From an uncultured Gemmataceae bacterium (GTDB taxonomy: Bacteria; Planctomycetota; Planctomycetia; Gemmatales; Gemmataceae), in NCBI GenBank assembly GCA_963750165.1, contig CAVVPN010000003.1, positions 3,328,001-3,392,000 on the forward strand: a stretch of 64,000 bases of DNA. The letters run 5' to 3'. How positions within the stretch are numbered: position 1 is the first letter of the stretch; each line of letters opens with the position of its first letter. The notes beneath the pieces are model-generated. The model searched no databases, was not told the DNA's origin, and saw only the letters and a program-made list of their open reading frames with translations. Below are positions 43,165 to 53,625 of the stretch, in pieces. The position numbers were made by a program, and so were the translations under genes.

Positions 43165-45174
43165 TCAGCCTTTCTTCCCCGGCCGCCGTTGCGCACTCTT
43201 TCGCCCCGGCCGATACCCCTTCACCTTCCCCGCATTCGGCACCGTATGCACGTGGTCGCCGCGCACCGCCGCGTTCGCCTGCTCCTGCCGCGCCCGCAGC
43301 GCCTCCTGCGGCGGTTGCGCCGGGATCAGCCCCTCGCAACCGCCGATCAACTCCGCCCGCCCCGCCTGCAGCAGCGCCTGCCGCACCTCAAAATAATTCT
43401 CCGGCTTGAAGAACTGCAGCAGCGCCCGCTGCAGCTTGCGGTCCTTCAGCTGCCGGGCAATGTACACCTCCTGCTTCGTGAACGGGTCGATGCCCGTGTA
43501 ATACATGCACGTCGCGATGTCGAACGGCGCCGGGATGAAGTCCTGCACCTGGTCCGGCCGGTAGCCGTTGCGCTTCAGGAACAGCGCCAGGTCGATCATC
43601 GCGTGCAGGTCCGACCCCGGGTGGCTGGCGATGAAGTACGGCACCAGGTACTGCTTCGGCTTGCCTGCCGCGGCGCTCGCCGCCTGGAAGTCCGCGGCGA
43701 AGGTGCCGAAATTGTCGATCGGCGGCTTCTTCATCGCCTGCAGCACCAGCGGGTCGGTGTGCTCCGGCGCCACCTTCAAATGGCCGCCGACGTGGTGCGC
43801 CGCCAGCTCGCGCATGTACTCCGGCGACAGCTGCGCCAGGTCCATGCGGATGCCGCTGGCGACCAGCACCTTGCGGATGCCGGGCTCCGTGCGGGCGCGG
43901 CGCATCAGCTCCACCAGCGGGCCGTGGTCCGTGCCCAGCAGCTTGCAAATCGTCGGGTGGACGCACGACAGCCGCTTGCACTTCGCCTCCACCTCCGGCC
44001 GCGTGCACTTCATCTGATACATGTTCGCGGTCGGGCCGCCGATGTCGCTGATGACGCCGGCGAACTCCGGGTCCGCCGCCAGCTTGCGCACCTCGCGCAG
44101 CACCGACTCCTGCGACCGCGACTGCATCACGCGCCCCTGGTGCGCCGTGATCGAGCAGAACGTGCAGCCGCCGAAACAGCCGCGCATGATCGTCACCGAA
44201 TCTTTAATCATCTCGTAGGCGGGGATCGGTTCCATGTATGCCGGGTGCGGCCGCCGGGTGTACGGCAGGTCGTAAATGCGGTCCATCTCCGCGTCGCTCA
44301 GCGGCAGCGCCGGCGGGTTGACCACCACCGCCTGCCGCTCGTGAAACTGCACCAGCGTCTTCGCGTTGTACGGGTTCGTGTTGACGTGGATTTGCCGCGT
44401 CGCCTCGACGAAGGCCCATTTGTCGGACTTCACTTGCTCAAAAGTAGGGAGTTGTATTGTGTCCGATTGATCGGTTCGCGAAACGATAAAGCCTTCCGAC
44501 TCCTTCGCGCCCAGCACATACGCCACGCCGCGCAGGTCGCGCAGCTCGCGCACCGTCTGCCCCGCCGCCAACCGTTGCGCGATCGCCACGATGGTCGCCT
44601 CGCCCATGCCGTAAACGACCAGGTCCGCCTTGCTGTCCAGCAGGATCGAGCGGCGCACCGTGTCGCTCCAGTAGTCGTAATGCGCCAGCCGCCGCAGCGA
44701 CGCCTCGACGCCGCCCGCCACCACCGGCACGCCCGGGAACGCCTCCCGCGCCCGGTGGCAGTACGGCAGCGTCGCCCGGTCGGGCCGCAGGCCGATGCGG
44801 CCGCCCGGCGAATAGGCGTCGTCGTTGCGCACCTTCTTGTTCGCGGTGTAGTGATTGATGAGCGAATCCATGTTGCCGGCGCTGACGCCGAAGAACAACC
44901 GCGGCCGGCCGAACTGCCGCCACGGTTCGCACGAGTGCCAGTCCGGCTGGCTCAACACTGCCACGCGGAAGCCTGCCGCCTCCAGCACGCGCGTCAGCAG
45001 CGCCATCGCGAAACTGGGGTGATCGACGTAGGCGTCGCCGGTCACGAACACCACGTCCACGGCGTCCCAGCCGCGCGCCGCCATCTCGGCGCACGACGTG
45101 GGCGCCAGCGGGGCGGCGTACTTCTCCTGCCACAGCGGCAACGACAGCCGCCGGCTCGAAGGCACAGGGTTCAT
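43165..45174 (-). CDS. YgiQ (UPF0313) family radical SAM protein
   Basis: GDAYVDHPSF, RGCFGGCTFC, GGPTANMY and YFIASHPGS. Confidence 0.95.
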   Translation of the reverse strand: MNPVPSSRRLSLPLWQEKYAAPLAPTSCAEMAARGWDAVDVVFVTGDAYVDHPSFAMALLTRVLEAAGFRVAVLSQPDWHSCEPWRQFGRPRLFFGVSAGNMDSLINHYTANKKVRNDDAYSPGGRIGLRPDRATLPYCHRAREAFPGVPVVAGGVEASLRRLAHYDYWSDTVRRSILLDSKADLVVYGMGEATIVAIAQRLAAGQTVRELRDLRGVAYVLGAKESEGFIVSRTDQSDTIQLPTFEQVKSDKWAFVEATRQIHVNTNPYNAKTLVQFHERQAVVVNPPALPLSDAEMDRIYDLPYTRRPHPAYMEPIPAYEMIKDSVTIMRGCFGGCTFCSITAHQGRVMQSRSQESVLREVRKLAADPEFAGVISDIGGPTANMYQMKCTRPEVEAKCKRLSCVHPTICKLLGTDHGPLVELMRRARTEPGIRKVLVASGIRMDLAQLSPEYMRELAAHHVGGHLKVAPEHTDPLVLQAMKKPPIDNFGTFAADFQAASAAAGKPKQYLVPYFIASHPGSDLHAMIDLALFLKRNGYRPDQVQDFIPAPFDIATCMYYTGIDPFTKQEVYIARQLKDRKLQRALLQFFKPENYFEVRQALLQAGRAELIGGCEGLIPAQPPQEALRARQEQANAAVRGDHVHTVPNAGKVKGYRPGRKSAQRRPGKKG

Positions 45175-45338
45175 GGCATCGTCCGTGGTACGGTATCTGG
45201 GTGTATCGACTGCCCTATTATAGCGGAGCCGCGGGGCCCTTGCGGCCTGCCGGCCGGGAACGGTCTTTTTTGCCCCCAACCCTTTTCCCTGCGGTGTCCG
45301 GCGCCAAAATGCGCTTTACCTATCAGGGGACCACCGCC

Positions 45339-45974
45339 ATGACCGAAGCCAATGAGTTTACGCGGGAGTTGCTCGGGCGCGCCGTCGAGGGCGACCAGCA
45401 CGCCCTGGCCGAGTTGTTGACGCCGCACCGCGGCCGCCTGAAGCGCATGGTGCAGCTGCGGCTCAACCCGCGCTTGCAGGGCCGTGTCGATGCCTCCGAC
45501 GTGATCCAGGACGCCCTGCTGGAAGCCAGCCAGCGCCTGCGGGAGTACCAGGACGGCCCCGGCATGCCGTTTTTCCTCTGGCTGCGCCACCTGGCGGGGC
45601 AGAAGTTGATCGACGTCCACCGCCGGCACCTCGGCGCGCAGAAGCGCGACGCCGGCCTGGAGGTGTCGCTGCACCGCGGGGCCTGGCCGGTGGCCAGCAG
45701 CGCCTCGCTGGCCGAGCAACTGCTCGGCCGGCTCACCTCGCCGTCGCAGGCCGCCGTCAAGGCCGAGTTGCGCCTGCGCGTCCAGGAGGCCCTCAACCAG
45801 CTGGAACCGCTCGACCGGGAGGTGCTGGCCCTGCGCCACTTCGAGCAGCTTAGCACCGCCGAGACCGCGGCGGCCCTGGGCATCGGCAAGTCGGCCGCCA
45901 GCAGCCGGTACGTGCGCGCCCTCAAACGGCTTAAGGACGTGCTGGCGGGCATTCCGGGCCTGCTCGGAGATTAG
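45339..45974 (+). CDS. ECF sigma-70 factor, planctomycete kinase-associated type
   Basis: RVDASDVIQD, WLR...HRRHLGAQKRDA, TSPSQAA and region 4 EVLALRHFEQLS. Confidence 0.93.
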   Translation: MTEANEFTRELLGRAVEGDQHALAELLTPHRGRLKRMVQLRLNPRLQGRVDASDVIQDALLEASQRLREYQDGPGMPFFLWLRHLAGQKLIDVHRRHLGAQKRDAGLEVSLHRGAWPVASSASLAEQLLGRLTSPSQAAVKAELRLRVQEALNQLEPLDREVLALRHFEQLSTAETAAALGIGKSAASSRYVRALKRLKDVLAGIPGLLGD

Positions 45975-45984
45975 CGCGGTTTTA

Positions 45985-46029
45985 GCCCCGAAGGGGCGGC
46001 AGTCAATAGCCAGGCCCGTCAGGGCCTGG
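45985..46029. repeat. REP-like element, family B (GCCCCGAAGGGGC...)
   Basis: Shares GCCCCGAAGGGGCGG..AGCC with 53517-53585. Confidence 0.7.
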
Positions 46030-46046
46030 AAACCTGCAAGGGAGCC

Positions 46047-49000
46047 ATGACCATGAGCGACGCCGACCCGTGCGCGGACCTGGTGGACCGGCTGGCGGAA
46101 GAATTCCTCACCCGGTTCCGCCGCGGCGAGCGCCCTGCCGTGCAGGACTACGCCGCGCAGTACCCGGAGTGTGCCGACCGGATCCGCGACCTGTTCCCGG
46201 CCCTGGTCGTGCTGGAGCAAGCCGCGCCCGCCTCCGACCCCGAACCCGTCAGCCCGGCCACCGCCCCGGCGGCCGCCCCCGCCGCCGGTCAGCCGGAGCA
46301 ACTGGGGGACTATCGCATCCTGCGGGAGATCGGCCGCGGCGGCATGGGGGTGGTGTACGAGGCGGAGCAGCAGTCGCTGGGCCGGCGCATCGCGCTGAAA
46401 GTGTTGCCCGGCCCGGCCGCCCAGGACGCCCGGCTGCTGGCGCGCTTCCGCCGCGAGTCGCGGGCCGCCGCCCAGCTGCACCACACCAACATCGTGCCCG
46501 TCTACGAGGTCGGCCAGCAGGGCGGCCAGTGCTACTACGCCATGCAGTTCATCCGCGGTCAGGCCCTCGACGACGTGATCCGCGAGTTGCAGCACCTCCG
46601 GGCCGGCAGCGGGCACCAACCCGCCCCGGAAACGGCGGCGGCGCTGCCGGACCGTTCGGAACTGTCGTCGGTGGCGTCGAACTTCCGCCGCTACTGCCAC
46701 AACGTGGCTCGACTGGGTTTACAGGCCGCCGAGGCGCTGGCCTACGCCCACGGCCGCGGTATCGTCCACCGCGACATCAAACCGGCCAACCTGCTGCTCG
46801 ACACCATCGGCGTCCTGTGGGTCAGCGACTTCGGCCTGGTCAAGACACAGGACCCCGCCCTGACCGAGACCGGCGATCTCGTCGGCACGCTGCGCTACAT
46901 GGCACCGGAGCGCTTCAAGGGTGAGTGCGATGCCCGGGCGGATGTCTACGCCCTGGGCTTGACGCTGTACGAACTGCTGGCGCTGCGGCCGGCCTTCGAC
47001 GCCCCGGATCGCCTGCACCTGATCGAGCAGATCGGCCGCCAGGAGCCGGCCCGATTGCGCACCCTGGACCCGCGTATCCCCCGTGACCTGGAGACCATCC
47101 TCATGAAGACGATCGAGAAAGACCCGCGGCGGCGCTACCCCAGTGCGGACGAGCTGGCCGCGGACCTGCGCCGCTACCTGGCGGACGAGCCGATCAAGGC
47201 GCGGCGCACCGGCCCGCTGGAGCGGCTGGGGCGCTGGGGCCGGCGCAACCCGGTGGTGGCCGGCCTGAGCGCCGCGGTGGTGCTGGTGGCGGCGCTGGGC
47301 TTCGCGGGCGTGTTCGGGCAGATGCAGGTGGCGTGGGCCCACGCCGCCGACGCCGAGCAGAAGGAGAAGGAGGCCCAAAAGGAGCGCGACGAGGTCAAGG
47401 CGCTCAACGAGAAATTGCGGGCCGCGCAGGATCAGCTGCGGCGCACGCTGTACGCGGCACAGATCAACCTGGCGCAACATGCCTGGGATAAGGGCGGCGT
47501 CCGGCGGGTGCGGGAACTCCTGGAGCAACACCGCCCCAAGGAGGGGGAGAGCGACCTGCGCGGCTTTGAATGGTACTACCTCTACCGCCTGAGCCATACG
47601 CAGCCCGTCGCCCTCATCGAGGGTCACACCGATGCCGTCCAGGGTGTCGCCTACAGCCCCGACGGCAAGCGCCTGGCCAGCGCCTCGGCGGACAGGACGG
47701 TCAAGGTCTGGGATGCCCAGACCGGCCAGGAACTCTTTACCTTGAAGGGACACAAAAACGCCGTCCGGGCCGTGGTCTTCAGCCCGGACGGCAAACGCCT
47801 GGCCAGCGCGGGTGGTCCTTCTGGCAAGCAAGATGGGGAAGTAAAGGTGTGGGATGCCCAGACCGGCCAGGAACTGCTCACCCTCAAGGGGCACTCGTGG
47901 ATCGGCAACACCGTGGCCTTCAGCCCGGACGGCAAACGCCTGGCGACGACCGGCAATCCCGATGGCAAACAAGCCACGATAACGGTATGGGACGCGCAGA
48001 CCGGCCAGCAGCTCCTGGCCCTCAAGCACAACAACAAAGACCTGGTGTGCAGCGTGGCGTTCAGCAGCGACGGCAAGCGCCTTGCCACTGTCGGCGGGAC
48101 CCCTTCTGGTACGGGGCCGAAACCTGTCGGCGAAGTGAAGGTGTGGGATGCCCAGACCGGCCAGGAGCTCCTCACCTTCAAGAGTCTCACCACCAGGATG
48201 CGCAGTGTGGCCTTCAGTCCAGACGGCAAACACCTGGCCACCACCCCCGGCCTTGAACATTTTGCCGAGGTGTGGGATGCCCAGACCGGCAACCAGTTAT
48301 TCACGCTCAAAGGACACGCCGACCGTGTCTACCACGTCGCCTACAGCCCCGACGGCAAGCAGATCGCCACCGCTTCGGCGGACTGGACGGTCAAGTTGTG
48401 GGACGCCCAGACCGGCCAGGAACTGCGCACTTTTAAGGGACATAACGGTGCCGTCGAGGGTCTGGCCTTCAGCCCGGATAGCGAACGCCTGGCCAGTGCT
48501 TCTTCTGACCAGTCGGTGATGGTGTGGATCGCGAAGGCGGCGCAGCAGGTCCGCACTCTCAAGCACGATTCTGTGGAGACATTCAGCCGGGACGGCATGC
48601 GCCTTGTCACCAAGGGAAATGGGCTAACCGTGTGGGATTTGCAGACCGGGCAGAAACTCCTGGCTCTCCAAAACAATGGCATGATGATGCTGACCGTTAG
48701 CCCGGACGGCAAGCACCTGGCTGCCGCCAACGCATTTGGTGGTGGATTTGCAAAGCGGGAGGGTGATGTGGACGTGTGGGACGTGCTGACTGGTCAGAAA
48801 CTCTACACCCTCAAGGGCGACCAGGTCGATGGCAAGAATTTCAGCAGTACCACCATCGCCTTCAGCGAGGACAGTTCGCGCCTGGCCCGCGGAACTTCAA
48901 AAGAGTTGACGGTATTTGACGTGAAAACCGGCCAGGTACTTCGCGCCATCAAGGGTGGCGTCTACATGCCGGCGTTCAGCCCGGACGGCAAGCGCCTGGC

Positions 49001-49580
49001 CGGCTTGGATGTATCGGACAGGCCCAAGGGGACGGTGAAGGTGTGGGATGCCCAGACCGGTAAGGAACTCCTTGCTATCAAGGTGCGCGGCGGCACGTTG
49101 TACCGTGTGGCGTACAGTCCGGATGGCAAGCGCCTGGCCAGCAAGAGTGGGTTTAAATTGGGGGGCTTCGGGGAGGTGAAAGTGTGGGATGCCCAGACGG
49201 GCCTGGAACTCTTTACCCTGAACGGGCGCTTCAGGATCGACAGCAAAGTAGCCTTCAGTCCGGACGGCAAGCGCCTGGCCATCAACGGGAAAGTGTGGGA
49301 TGCCCAGACTGGCCAGGAACTCCTCACCCTCAGGGGGCACATCGGCGCGGTCAACACCATGGTCTTCAGCCCGGACGGCCAGCGCCTGGCCACCGCCGCG
49401 TCCGATGCCACCGTGAAGGTGTGGGACGCCCAGACCGGCCAGGAGCTGCTCACCTTTGAAGGTCACAGCGGGGCGGTCAATGGCGTGGCGTTCAGCCCCG
49501 ACGGTCACCGCCTGGCCGCCGGTTCCAGCGACGGCACCGTGAGGATTTGGGACGCCACGCCGCTGCCAGGGAAGCGTTGA
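46047..49580 (+). CDS. Hanks-type Ser/Thr protein kinase with TM helix, coil and WD40 beta-propellers
   Basis: [22 protein letters not shown] and GTLRYMAPE; about 14 repeats of FSPDGKRLA...[12 protein letters not shown]. Confidence 0.96.
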   Translation: MTMSDADPCADLVDRLAEEFLTRFRRGERPAVQDYAAQYPECADRIRDLFPALVVLEQAAPASDPEPVSPATAPAAAPAAGQPEQLGDYRILREIGRGGMGVVYEAEQQSLGRRIALKVLPGPAAQDARLLARFRRESRAAAQLHHTNIVPVYEVGQQGGQCYYAMQFIRGQALDDVIRELQHLRAGSGHQPAPETAAALPDRSELSSVASNFRRYCHNVARLGLQAAEALAYAHGRGIVHRDIKPANLLLDTIGVLWVSDFGLVKTQDPALTETGDLVGTLRYMAPERFKGECDARADVYALGLTLYELLALRPAFDAPDRLHLIEQIGRQEPARLRTLDPRIPRDLETILMKTIEKDPRRRYPSADELAADLRRYLADEPIKARRTGPLERLGRWGRRNPVVAGLSAAVVLVAALGFAGVFGQMQVAWAHAADAEQKEKEAQKERDEVKALNEKLRAAQDQLRRTLYAAQINLAQHAWDKGGVRRVRELLEQHRPKEGESDLRGFEWYYLYRLSHTQPVALIEGHTDAVQGVAYSPDGKRLASASADRTVKVWDAQTGQELFTLKGHKNAVRAVVFSPDGKRLASAGGPSGKQDGEVKVWDAQTGQELLTLKGHSWIGNTVAFSPDGKRLATTGNPDGKQATITVWDAQTGQQLLALKHNNKDLVCSVAFSSDGKRLATVGGTPSGTGPKPVGEVKVWDAQTGQELLTFKSLTTRMRSVAFSPDGKHLATTPGLEHFAEVWDAQTGNQLFTLKGHADRVYHVAYSPDGKQIATASADWTVKLWDAQTGQELRTFKGHNGAVEGLAFSPDSERLASASSDQSVMVWIAKAAQQVRTLKHDSVETFSRDGMRLVTKGNGLTVWDLQTGQKLLALQNNGMMMLTVSPDGKHLAAANAFGGGFAKREGDVDVWDVLTGQKLYTLKGDQVDGKNFSSTTIAFSEDSSRLARGTSKELTVFDVKTGQVLRAIKGGVYMPAFSPDGKRLAGLDVSDRPKGTVKVWDAQTGKELLAIKVRGGTLYRVAYSPDGKRLASKSGFKLGGFGEVKVWDAQTGLELFTLNGRFRIDSKVAFSPDGKRLAINGKVWDAQTGQELLTLRGHIGAVNTMVFSPDGQRLATAASDATVKVWDAQTGQELLTFEGHSGAVNGVAFSPDGHRLAAGSSDGTVRIWDATPLPGKR

Positions 49581-49790
49581 CCGCCAGGCGAACCGGTGCG
49601 GCTCTCGGCGGCGAGCGGTCCACGCTCGCCGCCGTTTTTTACCGAATCCGGGTTCCAGGGCCGGCGGCGGGGCGGGCAGGGCGGGGCGCCTGGGAAATCG
49701 GTATTGTCCCCGGGAGGCTGGGTTGTGGTATGATGTGGCCCCGGCCGGCAACGGATGTCGGTCGTACCCGAACCGCAGGTGAGAAGGATC

Positions 49791-50057
49791 ATGGGCAAGA
49801 AATCGACCTGTCCGATCAGCCGCGCCGACTTCCGCGGCTCCGCCAAACCGGTCAAGATCAACATCGGCGGCAACGAGATGATCGCCGAGGTCAAGGAGTT
49901 CTCGACCGGCTCGCTGGGCTGGTACCTGAACGGCAAGACGACCATCGAGGTCAACGGCACGCCGGTGTCCGTCCAGATCGGCGTCAACCTGACCATCGTC
50001 GGCAGCAAGGAGCTGCCCAAGGACAAGGATGACAAGGACGACACCGCCGCCGCCTGA
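49791..50057 (+). CDS. Small hypothetical beta-rich protein
   Basis: Strong GC3 bias and [25 protein letters not shown] core. Confidence 0.85.
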   Translation: MGKKSTCPISRADFRGSAKPVKINIGGNEMIAEVKEFSTGSLGWYLNGKTTIEVNGTPVSVQIGVNLTIVGSKELPKDKDDKDDTAAA

Positions 50058-50078
50058 CCGACCATCCGCCGGCCGCCC

Positions 50079-50135
50079 CGTGGTGCAGGCGGCCCGCCTG
50101 CACCACCGCCGTGCAGGCGGGCCGCCTGCACCACG
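50079..50135. repeat. REP-like element (GTGCAGGCGG..CGCCTGCAC doublet)
   Basis: Two inverted copies of the unit, each itself a hairpin. Confidence 0.8.
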
Positions 50136-50157
50136 AAAGGCAGAAAGACCCGCACCG

Positions 50158-51402
50158 ATGAGACGACTCCTGTTGACGCTGCCCGTGCTGCTAACCGTCG
50201 CGCTCGGCCTCGCCGGCGGCCAGGACCAGCCGCCGCCGAAGAAGAAACGCGGCCCCGTCCAGCTGACCGAGGCGGCGCTGGCCATCCACCGCGACGCCCT
50301 CGTCTTCGACGGCCACAACGACCTGCCGTACCAGTTGCGCGAGCAGAAGGACCTGTTCTTCCGCCGCCTCGACCTGACCCAGCACCAGAAGACGCTGCAC
50401 ACGGACATCCCGCGGCTGCGCAAGGGCAACGTCGGGGCGCAGTTCTGGTCCGCCTACGTCGAGGCGGAGACCGCCCACGACGGCACCGCCGTCCGCAAGA
50501 CGCTCGAACAGATCGACATCATCCACCGCCTGGTGCGCCAGTACCCCGACACCTTTGAGCTGGCGCTCACCGCCGACGACATCGTCCGCATCCGCAAACA
50601 GGGCAAGATCGCGTCGCTGATTGGCGTCGAGGGCGGCCACTCCATCGACAACTCGCTCGGCGTGCTGCGCATGCTGTACGCGCTCGGCACCCGCTACATG
50701 ACGCTGACGCACTCCGAGACGCTGGACTGGGCCGACTCCGCGACCGACAAGGCGAAGAACAACGGCCTGTCGGAGTTCGGCGAACAGGTGGTGCTGGAGA
50801 TGAACCGCCTGGGCATGCTGGTGGACATTTCGCACGTCTCGGCGGAGACGATGCGGCACGCGCTGAAGGTGACGAAGGCGCCGGTGATCGCGTCGCACTC
50901 GTCGGCGTTCGCGCTGGCGAACCACCCGCGCAACGTGCCGGACGACGTGCTCAAACTGGTGACGAAGAACGGCGGCGTCATCATGGTCAACTTCTACTCC
51001 GGCTTCATCACGCCGGAGGGGGCGCGGGCCATGAAGGACATGTTCCAGGTCGGCCGCAAACTGCGCAAGCAATACCCCAACGAGAAGGAGTTCCAGGAGG
51101 CGTTCGGCCAGTGGCGAAAGGCGCACCCGTTCCCGACCGGTGGCGTGCATGACGTGGTCGATCACATCGAGCACATCATCAAGGTGGCGGGCATCGATCA
51201 CGTCGGCCTCGGCTCGGACTACGACGGCATCAACAGTGCGCCGCGGCAGCTGGAAGACGTGTCGTGCTACCCGTACATCACACAGGAGCTGCTGAACCGC
51301 GGCTACAACCGCGAGCAGATTCACAAGGTACTCGGCGGCAACGTGCTGCGGGCGCTGCGGCAGGCGGAGGCGGTGGCACGCGATCTGCAAAAAGTTAAAT
51401 GA
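50158..51402 (+). CDS. Membrane dipeptidase (peptidase M19)
   Basis: DGHND, GVEGGH, TLTH, DISH, SHS and GLGSDYDG. Confidence 0.96.
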   Translation: MRRLLLTLPVLLTVALGLAGGQDQPPPKKKRGPVQLTEAALAIHRDALVFDGHNDLPYQLREQKDLFFRRLDLTQHQKTLHTDIPRLRKGNVGAQFWSAYVEAETAHDGTAVRKTLEQIDIIHRLVRQYPDTFELALTADDIVRIRKQGKIASLIGVEGGHSIDNSLGVLRMLYALGTRYMTLTHSETLDWADSATDKAKNNGLSEFGEQVVLEMNRLGMLVDISHVSAETMRHALKVTKAPVIASHSSAFALANHPRNVPDDVLKLVTKNGGVIMVNFYSGFITPEGARAMKDMFQVGRKLRKQYPNEKEFQEAFGQWRKAHPFPTGGVHDVVDHIEHIIKVAGIDHVGLGSDYDGINSAPRQLEDVSCYPYITQELLNRGYNREQIHKVLGGNVLRALRQAEAVARDLQKVK

Positions 51403-51480
51403 ACCTCGTGGCGGCGCCAGCGGGATTGGGTATACTGCGGATATTTGGCGACCCTGCTCATCCCCGCTCGGAGTTGTCTC

Positions 51481-52079
51481 GTGATCGACCCGCTGGAAGC
51501 CAATCCGTTCAAACTTCCCTCGGCCGCCCCGCTCGGAACCTACCGGCCGCTGCCGTCGTGGCTGGCGCGGCGGCTGCTGCGTCGGGACGAGCAAGTCACC
51601 TGGGTGCGCGGCCCACGCTGGAACCCGGGGCTGGAGCGTTACATCACCCACCCCGGGTTGTTCCTCTTCGCCCTGGCCCTGGCCGCGCTCTGTCTGGGGG
51701 CTGGCTGGTTGCACGCCGCGGCGAACCGCACTCGCTTCCCGGAGGCGGCGATCCTGGTCGCCGCCGCCGTCTTCTTCGGGGCCGTGCTGATTCTGGCTTA
51801 CGCCAACGCCTACTTCACCCGCCTGGTTGTGACCAACTTCCGCCTGATGATCGTGCAGGGCTACGAGCTGTGCAAGATCTGGAACATCCACGATCTGCCG
51901 CTGTCGCTGCGCCACTACGGCCGCGCGCCGGCGGCGGTGGCGAGAGCTGGACCGTCAACCTGGACGCCCTGCAATCCATGCTCGGCGGCGGCACGGATCA
52001 GTTCGTCGATTCCAAAAAAGTCCTGGCGCTCGGCAAGCAACTGGATCAGATCAAGGCCCGCGAGCAGGACCGTTCCTGA
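51481..52079 (+). CDS. Membrane hypothetical protein (bacterial PH-like domain), apparent frameshift near 51930
   Basis: Two TM helices, RLVVTNFRLMIVQG; C-terminus lies in the frame of ORF 51399..52079. Confidence 0.65.
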
Positions 52080-52171
52080 TGCCGGCGGAGTTCCCCGGGC
52101 CCTTTACCGGCGCGCGTCCGAAATGATACACTGACAATATCGTTTCTTGCGCCTCCTCAAGGGCCCATCTC

Positions 52172-53482
52172 ATGCACACGCTGCGCAGCCTGGCGGTTTT
52201 GACGCTTCTGATGGCGGCCCCCGCGGTCGGGCGAGCTGGCCTGTATTATTCCGGCGAGGTCCTGGCGGAACTGCCGTCGCAGTGGCGTGGCTACCTGCTC
52301 GACCAGCGCACGCTGCGGCAGATCGCGGTCAAGCCGGCCGGCGGCACGAGCGCCAGCACGGCCCGCGTCCACTACCGCGCCGAGGCGGCGAAGCTCGAAG
52401 CGGCGGCCAAGAAAGGCAAGCTCAGCGCCGACCAGCTGGCGGACCTCGGCGCCCTGTACGTTCGCCTGGGCGAAGCGGGCAAGGCGGTGGCGCTGCTCCG
52501 CGAGGCGCAGCGGTCGCATCCGAAGCATTTCGCCATCAACGCCAACCTCGGCACCGCCTGGCAACTGCACGGCGACCTGGCGCAGGCGGCGCTGGCGCTG
52601 CAGCAGGCGGTGAAGCTGGCCCCCGGCAAGTTCCAGCAGGCGGAGGAGTATCACCTCAAGCTGGTCCGGCTCCGGCTCAAGAGCAAGAAGGCCGACGCGC
52701 TGGACAATCTGTTCGGCGTGCGCTACGTGGACGACATGGGCGGCTACACGCCGGGCAAGCTGGCGGCGGCGGAGAAGAAGAAGCTGCCGGCAGCGTCGAT
52801 CGCAGTGGTGCAGCAGCTGGGTCTGTGGCTGCCGGCGGACGGTCGCTTGCTGTGGCAACTGGCGGAACTGGCGAACGCCCACGGCGACGTGCGCACAGCA
52901 GCGGCCATGTTCGACGGCTGTGTGACGCAGTTCAACCTGGGCGCCGCGGAATTGCGCAAGCACCGCCAAATAACGCGCGCCGCCGCGGACGAGCTGGCGA
53001 AGGACAGCACGGCGGGCCACGAGAATCCGAACCACGTCGCGGGTCTGCCGGCGCGCTCGCGGCGGCCGCTGGTGAACAAGATCGACCCGAGCACGCTGCC
53101 GCCCATCGATCCCAAGGGCGTCAACGCCCTGCCCTGGGCAGTGCTGGCCGACACCAGCATCGACAAGCAGGCGAAGCCGACCTTCCCGAAGTACCTGCGC
53201 GAGCTGGAGGGCAAGCTGGTGACGCTCACCGGCTTCATGCAGCCGCTGGGCGACAACACCCAGGAGTGCCGTACTTTCTTGCTGATCGAATACCCCGTCG
53301 GCTGCTGGTTCTGCGAGATGCCGGAGCTGACCGGCATGATTTACGTCGAGCTGCCGCGGGGCAAAACCGTCACCTACGCGCGCGACCTGCGGCGCGTCAC
53401 GGGCCGCCTGGCCCTAAACGCCACCGACCCCGAGGAGTTTCTGTACACGCTCCGGGAAGCCAGGGTCGCGGAAGTGGATTGA
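52172..53482 (+). CDS. TPR-repeat protein with C-terminal DUF3299-like domain
   Basis: Signal peptide, TPR-like ADLGALYVRLGE/NLGTAWQ, LEGKLVTLTGFMQP and GCWFC. Confidence 0.75.
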   Translation: MHTLRSLAVLTLLMAAPAVGRAGLYYSGEVLAELPSQWRGYLLDQRTLRQIAVKPAGGTSASTARVHYRAEAAKLEAAAKKGKLSADQLADLGALYVRLGEAGKAVALLREAQRSHPKHFAINANLGTAWQLHGDLAQAALALQQAVKLAPGKFQQAEEYHLKLVRLRLKSKKADALDNLFGVRYVDDMGGYTPGKLAAAEKKKLPAASIAVVQQLGLWLPADGRLLWQLAELANAHGDVRTAAAMFDGCVTQFNLGAAELRKHRQITRAAADELAKDSTAGHENPNHVAGLPARSRRPLVNKIDPSTLPPIDPKGVNALPWAVLADTSIDKQAKPTFPKYLRELEGKLVTLTGFMQPLGDNTQECRTFLLIEYPVGCWFCEMPELTGMIYVELPRGKTVTYARDLRRVTGRLALNATDPEEFLYTLREARVAEVD

Positions 53483-53516
53483 ACGGGGCTTGAGGGTTAC
53501 GGTTCGAGATGTCTTT

Positions 53517-53585
53517 GCCCCGAAGGGGCGGAACAACTTAGCCCAGGGCAACGCCCTGGGCTAAGTTGTCCCGCCCCTTGGGGGC
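53517..53585. repeat. REP-like palindrome, family B
   Basis: GCCCCGAAGGGGCGG.ACAACTTAGCCCAGGGC-AAC-GCCCTGGGCTAAGTTGT.CCGCCCCTTGGGGGC. Confidence 0.85.
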
Positions 53586-53625
53586 GAAGAACCTCACTTC
53601 GCCTGGCGTAAACAAGGAGTCCGAG

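Noticed and set aside
43165..45174. Radical SAM enzyme as a maturase for the Cys-rich TIGR03000 protein
   Set aside because: It is a YgiQ/UPF0313-family protein, lies about 37 kb away, and shows no SPASM or RRE features.
47610..49560. Regularly spaced DNA repeats resembling a CRISPR array or DGR template/variable repeats
   Set aside because: They are in-frame WD40 coding repeats with variable spacing; no cas or reverse transcriptase gene is in the window.
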